A stretch of 64,000 nucleotides of DNA from Macrostomum lignano. Taxonomy: Eukaryota. This document shows positions 1 to 12,100 of this stretch, piece after piece; the first letter of the stretch is position 1; each line of letters starts with the position of its first letter. The notes beneath the pieces are model-generated. The model saw only the letters and a list, made by a program, of their open reading frames with translations. It was not told where the DNA came from and did no database searches. Made by a program: the position numbers and the translations under genes. Location of the stretch: positions 1 to 64,000 of the forward strand of contig NIVC01003212.1 of NCBI GenBank assembly GCA_002269645.1. The letters run 5' to 3'.

Positions 1-3000
1 GACCTCCGCTGTGCCGTCTGCGTCGACAGCGACGCGAGAAGTCGAGTTCGCGCCGCCGACGCCTCCTCGGCGACAGCGAAGCCATCGCGTCCGCCGCCGC
101 CCGCTGTTGCCGACGTGGCCGACGCTTCGGACTCGGCGCTGATGCGGCCGCGGCGGCGGCGGAAGCGACAGCCGCGTAGGTTGGCTGCGACTTGAGCCAC
201 GACAGGCGGGCGAAACAAATCCTGCCCCAGGTCGCTCATGGTTCGTGGTTCGTTCGCGAGCCGCGCGCAGAGTCGAATGTGGCGTCGCGGTTCAGCATTC
301 GGCTTGTTGAGCTCGGCTCTGGAGATGGGCTGCTTGGAGTCTGAGTTGGCTGATTGAACACCAGACTTGGCTGTTTGCTCAGATGACTGCTCACTTGGGG
401 TCTTTACTGCGTCTGAGTCGACTTTGTTAGATGCAGGCAGAGGATTTACTGGGGTGTCTGGTCGCGACAGAATCTGGTTCTGATTGTCTGGGGTCGCCTT
501 TGGTGCTGGCGATTTGGACTCTTCGATTTCCGTTGCTGAAGCATCCGGAGATTCGAGAGCTGGTTGTTGCGAAGGGGTTTCGAGTTTTGAAGGCCTGACG
601 GACTTTGGTGAGTACGGTGGCGCAGTGGACTCTGGAACTGCAGCGACAGTCTCTCCTGTTGATGCCGTTGTCGCTAATTCTTTGTTACAAGAAGTTGAAT
701 CCTTGGTTGCTTTCTCAATCGAAGCTTTACCAACAGCTTCTATTGCTGAGTCTTTGTTGCTGGTAGATGGAGAATCTTTGTTTTCTACCGCAATAGATTG
801 TTTGGCATTGTGAAGTGAATCTTTTAAGTCAGTCTTGTTCTCATTAGCAGCATCTGTTGAGTCAAATGTTTCCAACACTTTTTTATCCACCTGTGCTGAG
901 TCTTTGTTCTCAATCTTTTCAGGAGAGTCTTTGCTTTCTACCGTCGCCAAGTCTTTACTCTCAATCGAAGCGGGATCTTTTGGTCCACTGTTTCTGAGTT
1001 GTTCTCCACCGCTTTCGAGTCTTTGTTCTCTTCTTCTTTCAAGTCTTTGTTCTCTTCTTCTTCTGACTCTTTTTTCTCTAATTCTTCCGAGTCTTTGTTC
1101 TCTACCGCTTCTGTCTCTTTGCTCGCTACTTCTTCTGACTCTTTGTTCGCTACTTCTTCAGACTCTTTGTTCGCTACTTCTTCTGACTCTTTGTTCGCTA
1201 CTTCTTCAGAATCTTTGTTCTCAACCGTTCTGGAGTCTTTCTTTCCTATCTGTATCGATTCTTCGTTATGCACAGACGTCGCGTCTTTTCTCTCTACAGA
1301 CGACGAATCTTTGTTTTCCACTGTCGCTTTACCGTTGTTTTCAACTGGCGCCGAGTCTTCGTTGTTATCAGATAGTGGCGGCGCCCTCCGCGACGTTGCG
1401 CGAGCGCTGGTCGGTCGTTTCTGACCACCAGCTGCCGCATCGCCAGCGGTTGCTTTTTCTTTTTCTCCCGTCTTCTTCTTCTTCGTAGTGTCAGAGTTTT
1501 GGGTCGGCTTCTGCTGCTGCTGCTGGACCTTCTTTGCCGTTGGCTTGACGCTCGACGTATCGCCGATGGGTCCTGGCGTGTAGTTGGGATCTCGCACCTC
1601 GGTCAGCGGCGGGAATCGCTGATCCGGCAACACGTAGGTGCCGACGCCGCGGCCCGACGGCTTCTTGTCGTCCTCCGCCACCGTCGCCTCCTCCTCCTCC
1701 TCCGGCAGTTCAGCAAGCGGCTGCTGCTGCGGCTGCGGAGCGGCCGAACTGACTCGACTAGAGCTTCTGGAACTGGCGCGGGAACTGAGGCGGCTTTCGC
1801 CCTCCTGCCGGCGCCTGTGATGTTCCAGAGCTTTTAACCGTTCGCGCTCTTTCTCTAGGCGAACCACCTGCAGATAATTGGAGCTTGCGCTCTGATTTCT
1901 GTGTACTACTGACTAGAAGTTTGCTAGTAGCAGTGTAAGGTGGTCCTAATGAGTAATGACACTAAACTGACTACTATCTATACTGACTACACTATGCTGA
2001 CACAAAAACTCTCGCACTGACACTAAAATGGTCCTACCAACATAAAAACTGTCATACGACAACTTGTCCCTCTATGCGCACTGCACACTGTTCAGCCACA
2101 CTACAACAAATTCAAGCGTAGCAGGGTGAGCCTCGAAGATGACCGCCTACGGCCCGACTAACCAGGAGAAACTAGGAGAACCAGCTTGCAGTTGCCAAGC
2201 TCCTTGATCAGGATCACCGGATTGGAGTTGCCACAAATACGCACATGTTTCTTCTGGGACTGTCAGGGCTCTGTCACAGATATCCAGTACGCTGAACAGT
2301 CCAGAAGAGGCGGAGGAAACTGAGTGCCAGCCCCCTGCTGCTTCACAACAACGCCATGCAGCTCACACCGCCCAAGGTTGCGGTGAATGCTGCCACCACT
2401 GCGGGTCGTCTATCTGTTCTGCCTGCTCAAGCGACCGCTCTGTGGGCACCATCTTGAGTTCAACGAGGAGGTCATCAGCCTCGCTAACGAGTGGCTGGAA
2501 GACCAATTAGCCGAGTTCTGCACCAGCGGCATCCGGGCGCTGCGGTACCGATGGCAGAGAAGTGCATTCATTCATCGCCAATGTGACTATGTTGTGCAAC
2601 AATGCAACGTTATTCTACATAATTTACCCTTTTCTATAGCTGAGATTTGGCAACAACAGAATTGAACACCAGCTATTCAACAACAACCAGCCGCAGTTCA
2701 CTCGTCTCCCCCACCTTCTCATTGAACACTTTCCGTCGAGCCCGTTCCAACTGTCGTTGAATGTCATCGCCAATCCGATTGCGAATCCGGTAGCCGCGAA
2801 ATCTGCGCTGAATGGTCAGGGCGGCGGCGTGACGTCGATTGGCGATGACGGACTCGCTCAGCTGGCGCAGTTCGTCAGTGCGACAGCGCTCTTCGGCCAG
2901 CAGGGCATCGTAGGATTCCAGCTGCTTCTGGCGTGGGGAGCGGCGGTTGCGGGTTTGATTTTTACATTCAGCAATGCGACAGTCGGCCCGCAGCCAAGAG

Positions 3001-4548
3001 GAGGCAAGCAGTCTTGCCCACTCCTCTGGCACTTTCCCCATGCTGCACTTACCTTCTCCTCTTCCGCAAGCAGCTTCTCAGCTTTATCATCATCGTCGGT
3101 CGGTGGAGGAGGCTGCTCCGGCAGAGTCGGTTTCTCTTCTTCCGACCATTTGCGCCTGTGACTGGCCTTGGTCAGGTCGTTGTAGAGACGCCAGCGCTAA
3201 AATGTTGCAAATCAGTTTACAAAAAATGTTTTTTTTGAAATAGTAACTGTTGTAAGTATCCTGTGTACCATTTAGGACATTCCAGTTCCGCAAGGAAACA
3301 GTAATTAGATTGCTGGAGGAAAAAATTGTGCAAGGGGAAGCTCTCACTTTAGCGCGTGAACTTGAGAGAAGGGAATCCCCCATTTACGTGACCTTGGGAG
3401 AAGGGAATCCCCCATTTACGTGACCTTGGGAGAAGGGGAATCCCCCATTTACATGACCTTGGGAGAAGGAGAAAGACACCATTTAGAGGTGACCTTGGGA
3501 GTAGGGGAAGACCCCATTTACATGACCTTGGCAGACGAGAAAGCCCTAATTCACATGACCTTGGGAGAAGGTATCTGGAGGTTTTAAGAGATTGAGAGTC
3601 CAAATTCAATGACCAAAGGAAAACAGTGAAACCAAAACTACATTGATGCTGTCAAACCTCAGTTTTGAGCTGTATGAGCTCCTCCTCCGTCTCCATCCAG
3701 GCCTCGATGATTCGCTTGTCCAAATTGCTCGAGTCCAGCTGGCGCACCGTCATGATGGACGACCGGCCGGACCGAAGCCCGTCGTCAACGTTGTCCGTCG
3801 ATGGCGCCGGAGTGGCATCGGACGGCAGGTCCAGCGGAGGAACGGGCGGCGCTTCGGTCGACAGCTCGGCTTCGGTTTCTGCTGCCTCCTCGGCCTCCAG
3901 CTGATCGAGGAAGCCGGGCGGCAGGCTGGGCTGCGTGGCAGTTGCCGCCGAGTCCGCGGCAGCCTCGGTGGAGTCCAGCTCGGTCTGCAGTCGGCTGTAG
4001 TAGTCGCCGAACTGACTGTCCAGAGCGGTTGTCCAGTCGTCTGCATCCTGGAGTTTGACAGTTGCAGGAAATTTGCTCGGTTATTTGCAGGGGAGCTTTG
4101 AGCACTGTTGCAAGTTAAGGCGCCACTCGACCCGTCAAACCCATTCCGTTGATCCCCGAGCACGCATGGGGACCAGTACGGGGAGTTGTTTCGCATAGTG
4201 TACAGCGGCCCTGACTTTCTCATCGCTAGGCATGTACACTCTCTGTGTCCTGGGGGCTTGGCCTCAGAATGGCGAATTGCACGAGAAATGCTTTGCACAA
4301 ACCCCAATTTTATATGAAATCGGAATCCGACCTCGTAAATGAGACCCCAGTAGTTACTGAGCTCCCTCCCTATATAGAAAACTCATTGGCAATAAATCTT
4401 CAGTCCATACCTCAGGAGGTTCAGTGCTCTCTGGATCCGCCTGTACATCGTTTGACTCCTCGAGACTTTCATTTAAAGATGCATCGTCAATCAGCTGCAG
4501 CTGCTGCTCGATTTCTTTTTCGACATCTTCAGAAATTTCCTCGTACAT
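1..4548 (-). CDS. LRRIQ1: LRRIQ1-like (leucine-rich repeat and IQ domain protein 1), 5' part; exons 4548-4411, 4047-3658, 3196-3053, 2927-2715, 1867-<1; runs off the window
   Basis: All four introns are GT-AG and phase 0. Spliced protein MYEEISEDVEKEIEQQLQLI...KRIIEAWMETEEEL...HAAALTIQRRFRGYRIRNRIGDDIQRQLE (IQ motif), then a long K/E/S-rich linker with 8-aa NKESEEVA repeats. Order of acidic N-terminus, EAW coiled coil, IQ motif, long linker and a later RLSWLKS motif matches my recollection of vertebrate LRRIQ1. The LRRs would lie beyond the window. Needs 1-bp indel corrections at ~978-981 and ~208-210. Confidence 0.65.
2040..2600 (+). mobile_element. Decayed, internally deleted mariner-family (Tc1/mariner) transposase relic in LRRIQ1-like intron 4
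   Basis: Fragments in different frames: FKRSRVSLEDD (2111-2143; mariner FKRGRTSLEDD motif), LLLHNNA (2335-2355; HDNA catalytic motif decayed), LFCLLKRPLCGHH...NEEV...EWLEDQ..EF...GIRAL..RW...CDYV (mariner C-terminus). No clear TIRs seen. Confidence 0.8.
3361..3571. repeat. Minisatellite, ~32-33-bp unit (catttacgtgaccttgggagaagggaatcccc), ~6 copies, intronic
   Basis: Directly visible tandem units decaying towards 3571. Confidence 0.9.
4196..4265 (-). mobile_element. SINE core fragment
   Basis: Reverse complement gccaagcccccaggacacagagagtgtacatgcctagcgatgagaaagtcagggccgctgtacac matches the core of the copies at 20876 and 48875. Confidence 0.75.
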
Positions 4549-6105
4549 GGCGCGCCTCGTAGTTTAGAAATGAGAGTGCGCCGGATTATTTTACTCAGCT
4601 TTGCATCAAAGCAGGAACAAGAAAATCGAACGAACGAATAGAATCTTAGAGTCCAAATATTTAAAAAGTTAGATTTCGCCAGATTTCATTCCTTTCTCAG
4701 AAAATCAGACAAACTGAACAAATGCATATGGTAATTACTAAAAAACGAGGCATGTACCGAAAAGCAAAAAATCCAATTTAAAAAAACAACTCAAAACCCG
4801 ATGTTTACCTGTTTGCTTGACACAAGAATGAACCTTACGCTATTTGACAGTTCCTATGTGCCTTCGATTCTAAATCTAACTGGTACGAGCTAGCTACACA
4901 CATTATGAAATTTACAAGCAACGTAAATAAATCACAAAAAAAGGACAGCTAAAACCTTTATATTCTCGAAATTATTAAAATTACTCATAGGAGAATTCGC
5001 CTGATAAATATTTTTCACACAGTTTTAGTGCAACAAATAGCTTATTTAGTGAGTTATAATTTAAGCAAAAAATTGTTTGTCATAGTAACTATATTTTTAT
5101 ATATTATTTTATATTAAATATTATGTCAGCACAAAAAGTTTTCAAAAACTTCCTCCATTAATTCAGTAAATTTTATTGGTAGTAGTAGAGTGCTATTCAA
5201 TAAGTTTTAAAAAGCACTTTATGGACCACCGACAATTATTGTTAAAGATGTTAACCAACAATTTAAATGAAATACCTACTTAAGCCAAAGTAAAGTAAAT
5301 CTACAGGTGGCTGGCGTGCAATTGGTAAACAGGCATTACTCCTTCTTTTTTATATCAAACTTCCCGCCTTAGTCAGTCTTGCACGCGGCCCGGTATGATG
5401 GCCAGCTAATTTCCATAAGTCAGAAATACTTCATTATTTACAATAATATGCTTTGCTATGGTTCCTAGAATGCGTAAGATTAATAAATTTCAATAATTGC
5501 TGTTAAAATAAAAGCATTGGGTTAGGATATGGCGACTTTTGGGTTAAACTAAGCACGACATTCAGATTTAAGATAGCCCTGAATTCATGAGAAATATGTA
5601 ACTATTAAAATTATTAGTTTACATTAACAACAAAGTAAAACAAAAAGTATTAAAACTACGAGTAATTTAATTTAGTAACTTAATATAAACTACGCGTTCA
5701 ATCGCTTTTTATTTTATTAATGTCTAAAAGTATCATACTAAAACTTTAAATAAAATATATTTTGTAGAAAATTTTGCAATATTTTAAGTTAAAACGAAAT
5801 ATTATACTTTGATTTTGGAATATGTAGTAAAACGAATAGTAGAAGAAGTAGTCATCAGAACGACTTTCAACATTTTTCGTAAATGTTTTGCACTATTAAA
5901 TTTTATCTTTGAATTCGGCAAAATTTTGTATTAGAAATCCATATTTGGTTTGCAGTTACACCAAAATTCACATTTGTATTACAAACTATTGTTATTTTTG
6001 GGTAACACTAGGCTGTAGGCATAGATCTGAGTGCTCCTATAGTGTAGAATATCCATTATAAATAAAATTCAAACGTGTGATTTCATGCAACTATAGTTTC
6101 CAAAA
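4549..6105. promoter_or_regulatory. Putative bidirectional promoter region between the divergent LRRIQ1-like and SDA1 start codons
   Basis: Head-to-head ATGs 1.56 kb apart; AT-rich but CpG-retaining. Position only; no TSS data. Confidence 0.4.
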
Positions 6106-9100
6106 ATGCAGAAGCAAAAGAACTTGCTAAATTTGCAAAATCTTGTCAAGAGGGATCCACAGTCTTACATTCAAGAAGTAAGTTGTAAAGACAAAGAAGG
6201 TTTTATAAAACTGAAGCGAATTAATTATATTATTTATTATTGAGTTCAACTTCATTTTACTTATTTCATTTTTAAATCTGTCATTAACTATAGTATAGGT
6301 ATCATTTTTAGTCTTAGGCCTAATAAAACATATTTGCTAATATTAATAATAGATTCATTCTTATTAATATTGGTAAAGTTTAAAGAAAGCTACAATACCC
6401 ATCGACATTTAACATTATTGCCATTAGTTCTTGCCATTCAAATTAAAATAACTTTGTTTTAAACTTATCAAATAACATGCTTTCAAAAAACTGTATATAA
6501 AAACTAAATATACCCTTTATAATTTTATATACCTTGGAGTCTCAGACTCATATAGGCCCTATGCACAACCCCTTTGATTTAAACTGGCCATGCAACTTAC
6601 TTTTTCACAAAAAATGCAACTTACCTATGAAAGAAACCCTAAAGCAAAAATTAATATAATTTTGGGCATACATGCATAACCTTGGGAATCACTCAGCTAT
6701 TTCTATTGGCAACACACACATGTACGTCGCTATTGGCTAAGAGCAGTCACATGATTACTATTCCGCCCAATTGCGACTTACATGTATGTGTTGCCAATAG
6801 AAATAGCTTGGTGAATCCCTAGGTTGTGCCCAAACATGATTTTGGGTAAATAGCAAGAGTAGGCCTAACTATGACTATCTTATTATATGGCTAAATCCCT
6901 TATCACCTAATTAGTACTATATTTATATTCTTTTGGAAGGGAATTTTTGCAACTTATCTCTGGTCTAACATATTTTATGGTGGCCAGATCAACTAAATTA
7001 GCTAGCAATTATACATGTCTACTTAGACTAATAGCTAGACTAGCAACTTACTTAAAAGTTTAGTATAAGCTTAGACAAGTACTAAAATCAATAAACTTTG
7101 GTATTTTAATGGTACATATTTAAAAATAATTTACTTGGAATTACATTTTATATATTGCCATATCACACTATGATTCACAGTCATTGGTAGCAACATTACA
7201 TTATTAGTGACTGCATACATTGCATTGGTCTATAGTCATTAAAATTGAGCATACAAAGAATTACCTGAATGTAACTTCAACTTCTATTCTATTATCCTGT
7301 AGCCCATTGAGCTAATATGCATCTCTATACAATGGACCAAAGGCTCAATTGATTGAATCTTAATAATAATATATATGCTAGATTATATACTCAATAAGTC
7401 ATTACTTTCTATATTCACCTTGTATGTTATACAAAGCAATTTTTATTTTATATTTCCTTTATTTATTGTTTTGTTCATTAGTTGTATTGTATGACTTAAT
7501 AAATTTATTTGATAGTAGTACAAATGGGCCTTGAAGTGGAACTTAATATATTATACAATATATACTTTTGTAGCAAAAAATGCAAAGTATAAAAGACTTG
7601 ATATAAAGTGTAAATAACTAGCAGTTTAAATGCTTTGTCTGTTCAACAATTGTTCCTTAGTGTCTCAACATTCAATCTATTAAGTATATATCATTGACTA
7701 GCAAAAAACATATATATGCATATTGCTAAACTGACTTGTTTAATTAACTTATTGCCAAACTGACTATTACTGAATGAACCTATCATTAAATGAATTGGTT
7801 CCTATCTTAACCTCCCAGCTTAGTTGCAACTATTGTTCCTAATAATATATTTTATTTTTAAGAGTTTCTTATCTCTTTATAGTCTAGCTTTTTAACTACT
7901 AGTCTATGTATTTTTTAGTCTATTCTTATCTTCTTCCTAGGCTAGTTTATATCCCTTTCTGGCAATTGGTATACCATGTGGAGTATAGATAGGCGATCTT
8001 AATAACCTTGATAAATTATATAGAGGCCTAAAAATATATTCATATACATATTACATGTTTGATAAATTGGTTAATATATTGAATTATTATGGTCTAGCAT
8101 TAAAAACTATTTTACCTATAATAGTTTATGCCTAAAATGCACTTCAAAGCAGTATTCATTAATAAAAAAGTCTTGTATAAACTTATATTAGAGGTTTTAA
8201 AATATTGCCTTTTGAATAAACTGCAGATGACTCTTCTCTTAGCTGCAAATGGCTCTAGTCAAATCATGGCTAAGAAAAGACATTGATTCCAATTCCTTTG
8301 CCTTTGTAATCCATATACTTAAAATGGTTTGTTGGTATATATGTCTTTATGTGATTGATTTCAGAAAAAGTATTATCTAAAAGCATGTCTATATTATATT
8401 AACAAAAGGATAATACTAGTTTTTGTAAAAATTTAGCATTTGGTATTTATTCAACTTTAAAATCCTATGTGCTAAAAATAGACCTATTTAAATTAATACC
8501 CTTTTTAAGAAAATTCACAGAATATACCTAGGTTTATTATGTGTCATAGCCTTGCTATGATATGTTGAAATCAGAAATTACATAACAAATTCATGTTGGT
8601 GTTAAGCTATATATTCTAATGTAAACTCCTATGCAAATGCAATAAAGACTAGATAGGAATCTAGTGCATGGCTAGAGGCTAGACAAACGAAGAGAAAAGA
8701 GAAAATAAAGAAAGAAAAAAGAGGAGAGGCAAGAGAAAAGAGAGAAGATTAAGAGAGAAGGAAGCTAAGAGAAAATACAAACATTAAGTTGGGTGATTGC
8801 TATTAGAGAGTCTGAAAGGACCTATGCAACTTCATTGGATAAACTGTGCCAACCCCTATGTTAGAATTTTGTGTTTTTGTGTTGCATGATATCTAATAGG
8901 AATTTTGGCATGGTGGAGAACTAGCATAATGTATTTTTAACCAGAGAGCCTCATCAGATTACTGCATATGTTTCAATTATCCGCTCAGCTGTCTAAATAA
9001 CTGCTTATGTAGTTGGCCCATATGTGGATTAGTCTATTCAAACTTTCGCATCCTTCAAATATTTGACTTGTTATTTTTTTAGTTTGAAACCGCGTACGAC

Positions 9101-12100
9101 TTCTTCAAAAGTCTGTTCGATGCATTCAAACTTGCGCCAACTAAATATGACAGAGAGCTGGCTGAGCAGGTCATGTTCGTCTCGCAGGTGACGTAGCTTA
9201 ATGATTTGCAAGTTGTTTTTTATTAAATTAAAAGAAAACGCTTGTGGAAGGAGAAAACTGTTCCAACCTTTCGCTTCTTCTACAGGTGTCTCATTGCTAT
9301 CGGGACAAAGTGGCAGACTTTCCGCTTATGCTCATATCGCTGCTTAAACAGAGCGCCAGTCTTATGGACTCCGAGATGCGAATGGTGAGTTTATATATTC
9401 ATCGTGTTGAAACGTGTCCATAGGCTCTGACAGGGTGTACAGCAGTGGCCCTGAACTTCTCGTCGCTAGGCAGTGCAAAAGTTCAAGGACTGCTAATTTA
9501 GTAGAAATAAGTCAACATAAATGTCTTACCTCAGGCCTTCTGCAAAGCCCTCATCCTGATGCGCAACAAAGGCTTGGTGACTCCTCTAGACATCATGCAG
9601 CTATTCTGTCGCCTATTCAAATGCCAGGACAAACTGCTTCGCAGAACTCTATCTAGCTATATTGTGCAGGACGTGAAAAATGTCAACGCCAAGCATAAGA
9701 ATGCCAAGCTGAACTCTGTAAGTAGTTCATATTAATTTATAATTGATGCAATGGTGTCGAGACCATGTGGCGATTCAATAATTCAGTAGGGATATATGCT
9801 TTTTATAGCACACTTGAGACTGCTGTGCACAGCTCTCTGATCTGCTACCCCTATGCCTCCCATGTACCTGATCTTCTTACAGCTGAATTCTTCTGGCCCA
9901 AATTTCCTCTTAATATCGGTGCTGTGTTCACATTAGTGGAGAATGAGATCACGAAAGCCAAAACATCTAGTTCTGCAGACACACAGATCCTCTGATGCTG
10001 GGCCAGCCTCCCAAAACCTCAGTTGCTGGGCCAGCCTCCCAGATCCTCAGTTGCTGGGCCAGCCTCCCAGATCCTCAGTTGCTGGGCCAGCCTTCCACAT
10101 CCTCAGTTGCTGGGCCAGCCTTCCAGATCCTCAGTTGCTGGACCAGTCTCCCATGCAGATCCTTAGTTGCGGGGCCAGCCTCCCAGATTCTTAATTGCTG
10201 ATCCAGCCCCCGAGAGTGTCAGTTGCTGGGCCAGCCTCCCAAAGTGTCAGTTGCTGGGCCAGCCTCTCAGATCCTCAGTTGCTGGGCCAGCCTCCCAGAT
10301 CCTCAGTTGCTGGGCCAGCCTCCCATGCAGATCCTTAGTTGCGGGGCCAGCCTCCCAGATTCTTAATTGCTGATCCAGCCCCCGAGAGTGTCAGTTGCTG
10401 GGCCAGCCTCCCAAAGTGTCAGTTGCTGGCCAGCCTCTCAGATCCTCAGTTGCTGGGCCAGCCTCCCAGATCCTCAGTTGCTGGGCCAGCCTCCCAGATT
10501 CTCAGTTGCTGGGCCAGTCTCCCAGAGTGTCAGCTGCTTGGCCAGCCTCCTAAAGTGTCAGTTGCTGGGCCAGCCTCCCAGATCCTCAGTTGCTGGGCCA
10601 GCATCCCAGAGTGTCAGTTGCTGGGCCAGCCTTCCAGATCCTCAGTTGCTGGGCCAGCCTCCCAGATCCTCAGTTGCTGGGCCAGCCTCTCAGATCCTCA
10701 GTTACTGGGCTATCGTCACTTTCCCAGATCCTCATTCTGCGTAGTGTGACTGTCAAATCAGAAAAATGCACTTATTGCTTCATCAAATCTGCCTGAAAAA
10801 ACTCCACAGAGCCTACAGAACCACATGCTAGCCGTCATCCAGGAGGACAGCATCGCGTCGAAGAAATGCGCCGAAATCATGGTTGAACTTTACCGCCGCG
10901 GTGTCTGGCGCGACGCCAAGACTGTCAACTTCATCGGCACCTGTTGCTTCTCTAAAGTGACAAAAATTCTCGTCACTGGATTAAGATTCTTCTGCTCAGC
11001 TAGCGAAGGAGACGGCGGCGGCGCCAGCTCGGACGACGACAGCGACATCGACGAGGAGTCGTACAAGCGACAGTCGAAGGGCGCCACGCTGGCCCACCGT
11101 GTCGGGCCGAAAACTAACAAGCGCAAGAAGCGATTGGAACGTCAGCTGCAGGCGTTGAAGAAGCACAAGAAGAAGAAGCGCCGTGTTGACGCGTTCGACA
11201 CTGCGGCATTGCATCTGCTGCACGATCCGCAGACATTCGCTGAGAAACTGCTCAAGCAGGTTTGTTGATTCACTGTAGAGTCACTCAGTTGAGTCACTCT
11301 GGGTGTCAGTTGAGTCACTCTTTGGGTGTCAGTTGGTTCACTCTTTGGGTGTCAGTTGAGTCACTCTTTGGGTGTCAGTTGAGTCACTCTTTGGGTGTCA
11401 GTTAAGTCACTTTGAGTGTCAGTTGAGTCACTCTTTGGGTGTCAGTTGAGTCACTCTTTGGGTGTCAGTTGGGTCACTCTTTGGGTGTCAGTTGAGTCAC
11501 TCTTTGGGTGTCAGTTGGGTCACTCTTTGGGTGTCAGTTGAGTCACTCTTTGGGTGTCAGTTGAGTCACTCTTTGGGTGTCAGTTGAGTCACTCTTTGAG
11601 TGTCAGTTGAGTCACTCTTTGAGTGTCAGTTGAGTCACTCTTTGGGTGTCAGTTGAGTCACTCTTTGGGTGTCAGTTGAGTCACTCTTTGGGTGTCAGTT
11701 GAGTCACTTTGGGTGTTAGTTAGGCCGTTTTGAAATATCATCATAGCGTTATTTAGTATGTCATTTTCAGTGATAATGATGACGTCATTTTGGTAGTTCT
11801 TGTTAGTTTGTAATTCATTTTGGAATTTAACGTATTATATTTATGGTTTTAATTGTAACAGAAAAAAATTCTACGGGTTTTTAATTTCCGTGAATTTTCA
11901 TGCATCTGTAAGCCAAGTATGTGCTAGAACGATTTTTTAAAGTAGCCTGATTAGAAACTGTTCCACTTTTATGCGAATTCTGCAAATTGTAGGTGGAAAC
12001 GACAAGCGAACCGTTTGAAATTCGCCTACTAATGCTGGACCTGTGCTCTCGTCTGGTTGGCGTGCACAAGCTGCAAGTGCTGGGCCTGTACCCCCTGTTG

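Noticed and set aside
6830-8700. Mitochondrial insertion or LINE reverse-transcriptase relic
   Set aside because: No mitochondrial gene motifs recognised. Short RT/EN-like words (NDYRP 7226-7240 and FIDFS 7081-7095 on -, GDLN ~7993 and ADD ~8223 on +) lie on opposite strands with wrong spacing, consistent with chance.
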